From the NCBI GenBank assembly GCA_045863855.1, contig BTVV01000110.1, positions 1-20,498 on the forward strand: DNA of 20,498 bases. Direction: 5' to 3'. This document shows positions 16,240 through 20,498 of this stretch, in pieces. Source of the DNA: Planctomycetota bacterium. GTDB lineage: Bacteria > Planctomycetota > SZUA-567 > H5-PLA8. Position numbers and translations under genes: made by a program. How positions within the stretch are numbered: position 1 is the first letter of the stretch; the number at the start of each line of letters is the position of its first letter. The notes under the pieces were generated by a model. That model was not told the origin of the DNA, did no database searches, and saw only the letters and a list, made by a program, of their open reading frames with translations.

Positions 16240-18645
16240 TCAAGGCTTTCGTAGGCGGCGTTTGCCGATCCGTTCGAGCCAATCGCGCAGATCGGAGCGG
16301 CTGCGCACCGGCAGCAGTTCGCAGTTCTCGCCCAGCAGCACGATCTCGCCGCCCGCTTCGAGCGCCGCCAACAGGTCCGCTTCGGCCTGCAGCGCTTTGA
16401 GCACTTCCTCCGACGGCCCTTCGGCACGGGCGCGGACGGTCTCGGGATCGAGCCCCGCGTCCCGCAGCGGGCGGTCCCAGTACAGGCTCCCGCGGTGCTT
16501 TCCACGCGCCAGCAAGTATGCGGGATGCTTTTCCGGGGCGAGTTGCAGGACCGCTTGGGCCAGCGCCGCATCCTCCAGTTCGGCCCGCCCGCCGCGCGCG
16601 GCCAGCTTGCGCGGCGCCGCAGTGCCCGGTTTGGCCGCGTCCTGCCAGTACAGCGCGTCGTGGAAGTACAATTCGGGCGGCTCGGGGAGTTCGGCCAGCA
16701 GGCCCAGCGCCGCCTCCAGCGCTTCCTGGCCCGATGCGGAGAAGCGCGAAACGAACAGATCTGCCCGCCCCGGCTGGCGAGGGCGTTCCAGCCGCCGGTG
16801 CGCGCCGGACAGTTCTGACTTAACGACCAAGCCATCGGCGATTCGCACGGTAGCCGAACCCAGGTTCTTCTCGAAATCGACTTCACCCGCAGCCTGCGCG
16901 TCCAGCAGGTATGCGGGCAGCTTGGTGAGGCCGTACCGTACCACCGCCGCGCGTCCTTCCTCCGAATCGGGTTCGATCAGCCGCCATTTCAAACCCGGCA
17001 GATAGCCCAACAAAATTTCCAGGATGCGTTCGTGGTTGCTCCAGAGCGCCTGCGCTTCCACTACGATTCGCGCTTCAACTTCCAGAGCCGGCTGCGAAAA
17101 ATCGCAGCGCGCCTGCGCCGTGCCCGCGTCCTGGCAGCGCCCCACGAAGCCGCGCTTGCGGCACTGCGCGTCGAAAAAGCACGCCGGAACTTGCGCGCAA
17201 ACCGCGGGCTTGGGATCGTCGAGCATCCCGCAGAGCACGCGCAACAGCGGCAACCGCTGAAGCTCGCCGTCGTACGGGCGCTGCCCGACGATCAGACTCG
17301 GCGTGCCTTCCACGTGCCGCCTCAGCGAAAGCTTGTAGTCGCGCTCGAGCAGTTCGTCGGCTTCGCCCAACGCCAGCGCCCCGGCGATGCGCGCCTTCAG
17401 CAGACCCAGCTCGCGCGCTCCGTCGCTCCACGGCGCTTCCGCGTGCGCCTTGCGCCAGCGTTGCCAATCCCAAAACCGTTCGGGGTAATATTTCCAGATC
17501 AGCGCCTGAACGCGGTTCTCGTCCAGTTCGCGCGGTCCATGCAATGCTTGAAAGCGCCCGTCAGGGCCTTTGCTCACCACGAAATGCGGTTCGATCGTGA
17601 CGCGCCCGGCCAACTCTTGAGCGGCTTGCGCAAGGTCGTCCTGAATCTCTACGCAGAACGGGCACTCGGCCATGGTCCAATATTCGACGGTGAGCTGGCG
17701 CTTGCCGCGCTTGCGCAGCGTCTCCAGATGGGGTTGCAACAGCGCCGTCACTTCGGGATCGTCGGGAACGCCCGCATCGAGCGGCTCGAAGCGCACGCGC
17801 ACGTCCCAGCGCGATCCCTCATCGCCGGCCTTCCAACCGGCGCGGGGAAAGACCTCGGCAACGCCCAGGCGCTGGACTTGGTAGTCGAAGTTCGCGACGA
17901 TGGTCCGCCCTTCGCGCCATGCGGTGCGCGTGGTCGATTTACGCCCGCCGCCGATGACGAGATCCAGCGGAACCGGCGACTCACGCGCAAGCCGTGCGGC
18001 TTCGTCCTCGCCCAGCGGCGCCAGCGCCACCGCGAACTCCACCGGCCGCGCGCCGGCTTCGGGCGGCATCAGCGCCTGCATCGCTTTGAAGTCGGCGCCT
18101 TCGAAATCGGGCACCGCCAACAGCGCCGCGCGCACGTCGCCGACATCCAGCGGCTTCCAAGTCAGCTTTAAGCCCTGTTGAGGCAACGGTTGGCCGGGCC
18201 AATGCGTGAAAACCCGCAGTGGCAGGAGCATCTCGAAACCGGGGCGAACCGTGCCGTCCGGACCGTGAATCTCGGACGCCCACTCTTCGTCGCTCCAACC
18301 CACCGCGTCGTAGCGCATCAGGCCCATCGCCTGCGCCATCAGTTCGCTGCGCAGCGCGTCGCGCGCCGGATCGCCGTCGGACTCCTCGTCGTAAATCCCG
18401 CCGGACGCCCAGCCTCCGGCGTCGAGCACCAGTACTGGCCCGCGCTTGCGGTACTCGGCGATGCGCGCCGCTCGGCGCGCCACTCCGCCCAGCGGTTCCA
18501 AGGGGCAGTCGCAAGGGAGCAGCGCGGCATGCGCTTCGGCGCTGAAGAGCACCGTGAAGGCCGGGCGCGGCGCTTCCGCTCGAGCGGCGCTGGCCGCCAG
18601 CAGCACGAGGCCGGCCAGCATGCGAAGGTAAACGAGCGCTCGCAT
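16240..18645 (-). CDS. Secreted multidomain protein: degenerate UshA/5'-nucleotidase-like N-terminal domain (CxC), GILT/DsbA-like thioredoxin domain (CPFC), 6-Cys module, two Cys-less thioredoxin-like domains
   Basis: Signal peptide ending ARA; PCDC...GGVARR, LVLDAG, M.YDAV, DLVIGG; TMAECPFC, FQALHGPRE..EN, GTPSLIV; internal similarity of the C-terminal domain to the CPFC domain. Confidence 0.72.
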   Translation of the reverse strand: MRALVYLRMLAGLVLLAASAARAEAPRPAFTVLFSAEAHAALLPCDCPLEPLGGVARRAARIAEYRKRGPVLVLDAGGWASGGIYDEESDGDPARDALRSELMAQAMGLMRYDAVGWSDEEWASEIHGPDGTVRPGFEMLLPLRVFTHWPGQPLPQQGLKLTWKPLDVGDVRAALLAVPDFEGADFKAMQALMPPEAGARPVEFAVALAPLGEDEAARLARESPVPLDLVIGGGRKSTTRTAWREGRTIVANFDYQVQRLGVAEVFPRAGWKAGDEGSRWDVRVRFEPLDAGVPDDPEVTALLQPHLETLRKRGKRQLTVEYWTMAECPFCVEIQDDLAQAAQELAGRVTIEPHFVVSKGPDGRFQALHGPRELDENRVQALIWKYYPERFWDWQRWRKAHAEAPWSDGARELGLLKARIAGALALGEADELLERDYKLSLRRHVEGTPSLIVGQRPYDGELQRLPLLRVLCGMLDDPKPAVCAQVPACFFDAQCRKRGFVGRCQDAGTAQARCDFSQPALEVEARIVVEAQALWSNHERILEILLGYLPGLKWRLIEPDSEEGRAAVVRYGLTKLPAYLLDAQAAGEVDFEKNLGSATVRIADGLVVKSELSGAHRRLERPRQPGRADLFVSRFSASGQEALEAALGLLAELPEPPELYFHDALYWQDAAKPGTAAPRKLAARGGRAELEDAALAQAVLQLAPEKHPAYLLARGKHRGSLYWDRPLRDAGLDPETVRARAEGPSEEVLKALQAEADLLAALEAGGEIVLLGENCELLPVRSRSDLRDWLERIGKRRLRKP

Positions 18646-19610
18646 CAGTAGCCCATGGCCTTCAAGATGCCGCGCGCTTTCGTTTCGTCGCGGCGAATCT
18701 GCTCCACCAGGGCTTCGACATCTGGAAAACGCCGTTCGTCGCGGAGCTTCTCGACGAAATGGACTTCCAACTGCTGGCCGTAAAGGTCGCCCTGGAAGTC
18801 AAACAGGTGGGTTTCGATCAGCAAGTCGGGCTTCTGGCCGTGCAGCGCGTCGCCGCTGATGGTAGGCCGGTAGCCGACGTTGGTGATCGACGCGCGCGGT
18901 TTGCCTCCCACGAAGGTGAGCGTCGCGTAAACGCCGAATGGCGGGCGGACCTCGCGCCCCAAGTCCAGGTTGGCCGTCGCGTAGCCCAGCCGGCGCCCGC
19001 GGGCATCGCCCTTCACCACCTGGCCCAGCACCGCGACGCGCCGGCCCAGCATCGCTTCGGCGTCGCGCAGGCGGCCTTCCCAGATCGCTTCCCGCACCAG
19101 CGTGCTGGAGACAGGCCGGCCGTCGGGTGTGAGCACCGGGTCGAGGCAGCGCAGGTCGAAGCCCAAGCGCGCGCACAACGATGGGAGTTCGGGCGAGCCC
19201 GTGCCCAACTGGTCGCGCCCGAATTTGCTGTCGAAGCCCAGCGCCAGCCCGCGGATTCCCAAGCGCTCGACCAGGAATGCACGCGCGAATTCCTCGGCGC
19301 TCAAGCGGCTCAGTTCGACCGTAAAGTCGAGCACCCAGGTGAAATCGGCGCCCGCGCGTTCGAAATGCAGGATGCGATGCGGCAGGCTGTTGATCAAGTC
19401 AGGCGCGCGCCCTTGCAGCACCTTGCGCGGATGCTGCGCGAACGTGATGACGCCCGCGGGCACGCCCAGCTTGCGTGACCATTCGAGCAAATCTTTCAGC
19501 ACCGCCTGGTGGCCCAGATGGACACCGTCGAAGATGCCCAGCGTGACGGCCGCGCCGCGCGCATCCGGCACCTCGTTCGAACCTCTGAATATACGCATGC
19601 GCTTCCCCAT
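18645..19610 (-). CDS. ribF: Bifunctional riboflavin kinase / FAD synthetase
   Basis: G.FDGVHLGHQ, TF..HP, VSST.VR, G..RGR.LGY.TAN, P.FGVYA, NVG.RPT, ETHLFDF.GDLYG, LRDERRF.....L..QI..D. Confidence 0.96.
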   Translation of the reverse strand: MGKRMRIFRGSNEVPDARGAAVTLGIFDGVHLGHQAVLKDLLEWSRKLGVPAGVITFAQHPRKVLQGRAPDLINSLPHRILHFERAGADFTWVLDFTVELSRLSAEEFARAFLVERLGIRGLALGFDSKFGRDQLGTGSPELPSLCARLGFDLRCLDPVLTPDGRPVSSTLVREAIWEGRLRDAEAMLGRRVAVLGQVVKGDARGRRLGYATANLDLGREVRPPFGVYATLTFVGGKPRASITNVGYRPTISGDALHGQKPDLLIETHLFDFQGDLYGQQLEVHFVEKLRDERRFPDVEALVEQIRRDETKARGILKAMGY

Positions 19611-19705
19611 GTGACCAACACCCCCGATTGTCGTTGGATGCGTCGATCCTACAAGCGCGAGCGCGTAGCTGGCGGGCGTGGCTCCGGCGCGCTATCTTCA
19701 TAAGC

Positions 19706-20498
19706 ATGAGTTCATCCGCTTGGCGCCTCGTGATTGTGATCGCGCTGCTGACTTGCGTGGGCACGGCCATCGCCGTCTTTCGCGCTTCACGCATGACCGA
19801 TCTTCCGGGCGAACACCGCCGCGGCGTCGTGCAGCGAAACTGGCGGCGCCCGCAATTCGAAGATTCCCGCGAAGCGGCCGAGATGTTCGGGTGGCTGGTC
19901 CAAGCCGCCAATCGGCGTTCGGCTGAAGATCTGGCGTTCCTCGCCTCGAGCCTCGACGACGTGCGCGTGATCCCGGTGCCCACTTCCGCGCCGCCCGATC
20001 CCGCCGCGAAAACGGAAGCCGTCAAATCGGAGGACCTGCCCGAAACCGTTACCGACGAGGAACTGACGCCGCCCCGTGTCGACACCGTCGCCAATGTCGC
20101 GCTCTCGCTGATGATCGAACTCGATACGCTTTCGGTGGAGCCGGTGCTTAAGCGGCTGGCGCCGTTCGAGCAAGCCGGGCCGGATGCGCCGGACTGGTCG
20201 CGCGACGACCTGCTCCTGCTGCGCGGCGCGTTCAACGCGCTCTCGGGTATTCAATTTAAGCGCCTCAAACTGGATCGAAAAGACGCTCAACCGCCGGCCG
20301 AATTGAAGCCCATTACGTTAATTGCCGAAGCGCGCGTCGAAAGTTCGGAGTCCAATCCCCACGCTCAGGTGCACGAAACGATTCAAATGCCCCTAGGTGT
20401 TTTATGGACCTCGCAGCCCGACATTCTGGCCGCCAGCCGCGACCCCACAGGCTCGGACAATCCTCGCTATCTGCTTGATAAGACTTGTGTTGCAAAGG
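19706..20498 (+). CDS. Hypothetical membrane-anchored or secreted protein (3' partial; absent from the supplied ORF track)
   Basis: Reading by hand from ATG 19706 gives no stop to the window end (264 codons): MSSSAWRLVIVIALLTCVGTAIAVFRASR... It has an N-terminal hydrophobic segment and a Pro/Glu/Thr-rich linker, and is divergent from ribF. Confidence 0.72.
   Translation, partial: MSSSAWRLVIVIALLTCVGTAIAVFRASRMTDLPGEHRRGVVQRNWRRPQFEDSREAAEMFGWLVQAANRRSAEDLAFLASSLDDVRVIPVPTSAPPDPAAKTEAVKSEDLPETVTDEELTPPRVDTVANVALSLMIELDTLSVEPVLKRLAPFEQAGPDAPDWSRDDLLLLRGAFNALSGIQFKRLKLDRKDAQPPAELKPITLIAEARVESSESNPHAQVHETIQMPLGVLWTSQPDILAASRDPTGSDNPRYLLDKTCVAK

Noticed and set aside
18505..18513. Selenocysteine recoding in the UshA-like CxC motif
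   Set aside because: Both codons are TGC and the ORF has no in-frame TGA.
19611..19705. FMN riboswitch upstream of ribF
   Set aside because: The gap is only 95 nt, is shared with a divergent gene, and shows no RFN consensus that I can recognise.
19399..20495. Minus-strand ORFs 19399-20235, 19787-20290 and 20313-20495
   Set aside because: They are antisense shadows of the + strand ORF starting at 19706, which has a more protein-like composition.

Overview
GC-rich bacterial chromosomal segment, mostly housekeeping and metabolic genes. I found no mobile element, CRISPR array or RNA gene. The organism is diderm (it has an LPS heptosyltransferase); a PVC/Planctomycetota-like origin is only a guess. 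Left to right: a split methylmalonyl-CoA mutase cluster (meaB GTPase cut by the window edge, mutase substrate-binding subunit, epimerase); a secreted EF-hand protein; waaF (-); a cupin and a GH78 alpha-L-rhamnosidase-like enzyme (+); a long minus-strand run transcribed ribF -> 801-aa secreted fusion protein -> livK/H/M/G/F ABC transporter -> DUF502 membrane protein -> HEAT-repeat protein; and a + strand ORF, absent from the supplied track, that runs off the right edge. The best candidate for an undescribed system is the 801-aa protein whose start overlaps the ribF stop. It joins a degenerate UshA/5'-nucleotidase-like domain with a CxC motif, a CxxC GILT/DsbA-like thioredoxin domain, a 6-Cys module and two cysteine-less thioredoxin-like domains.
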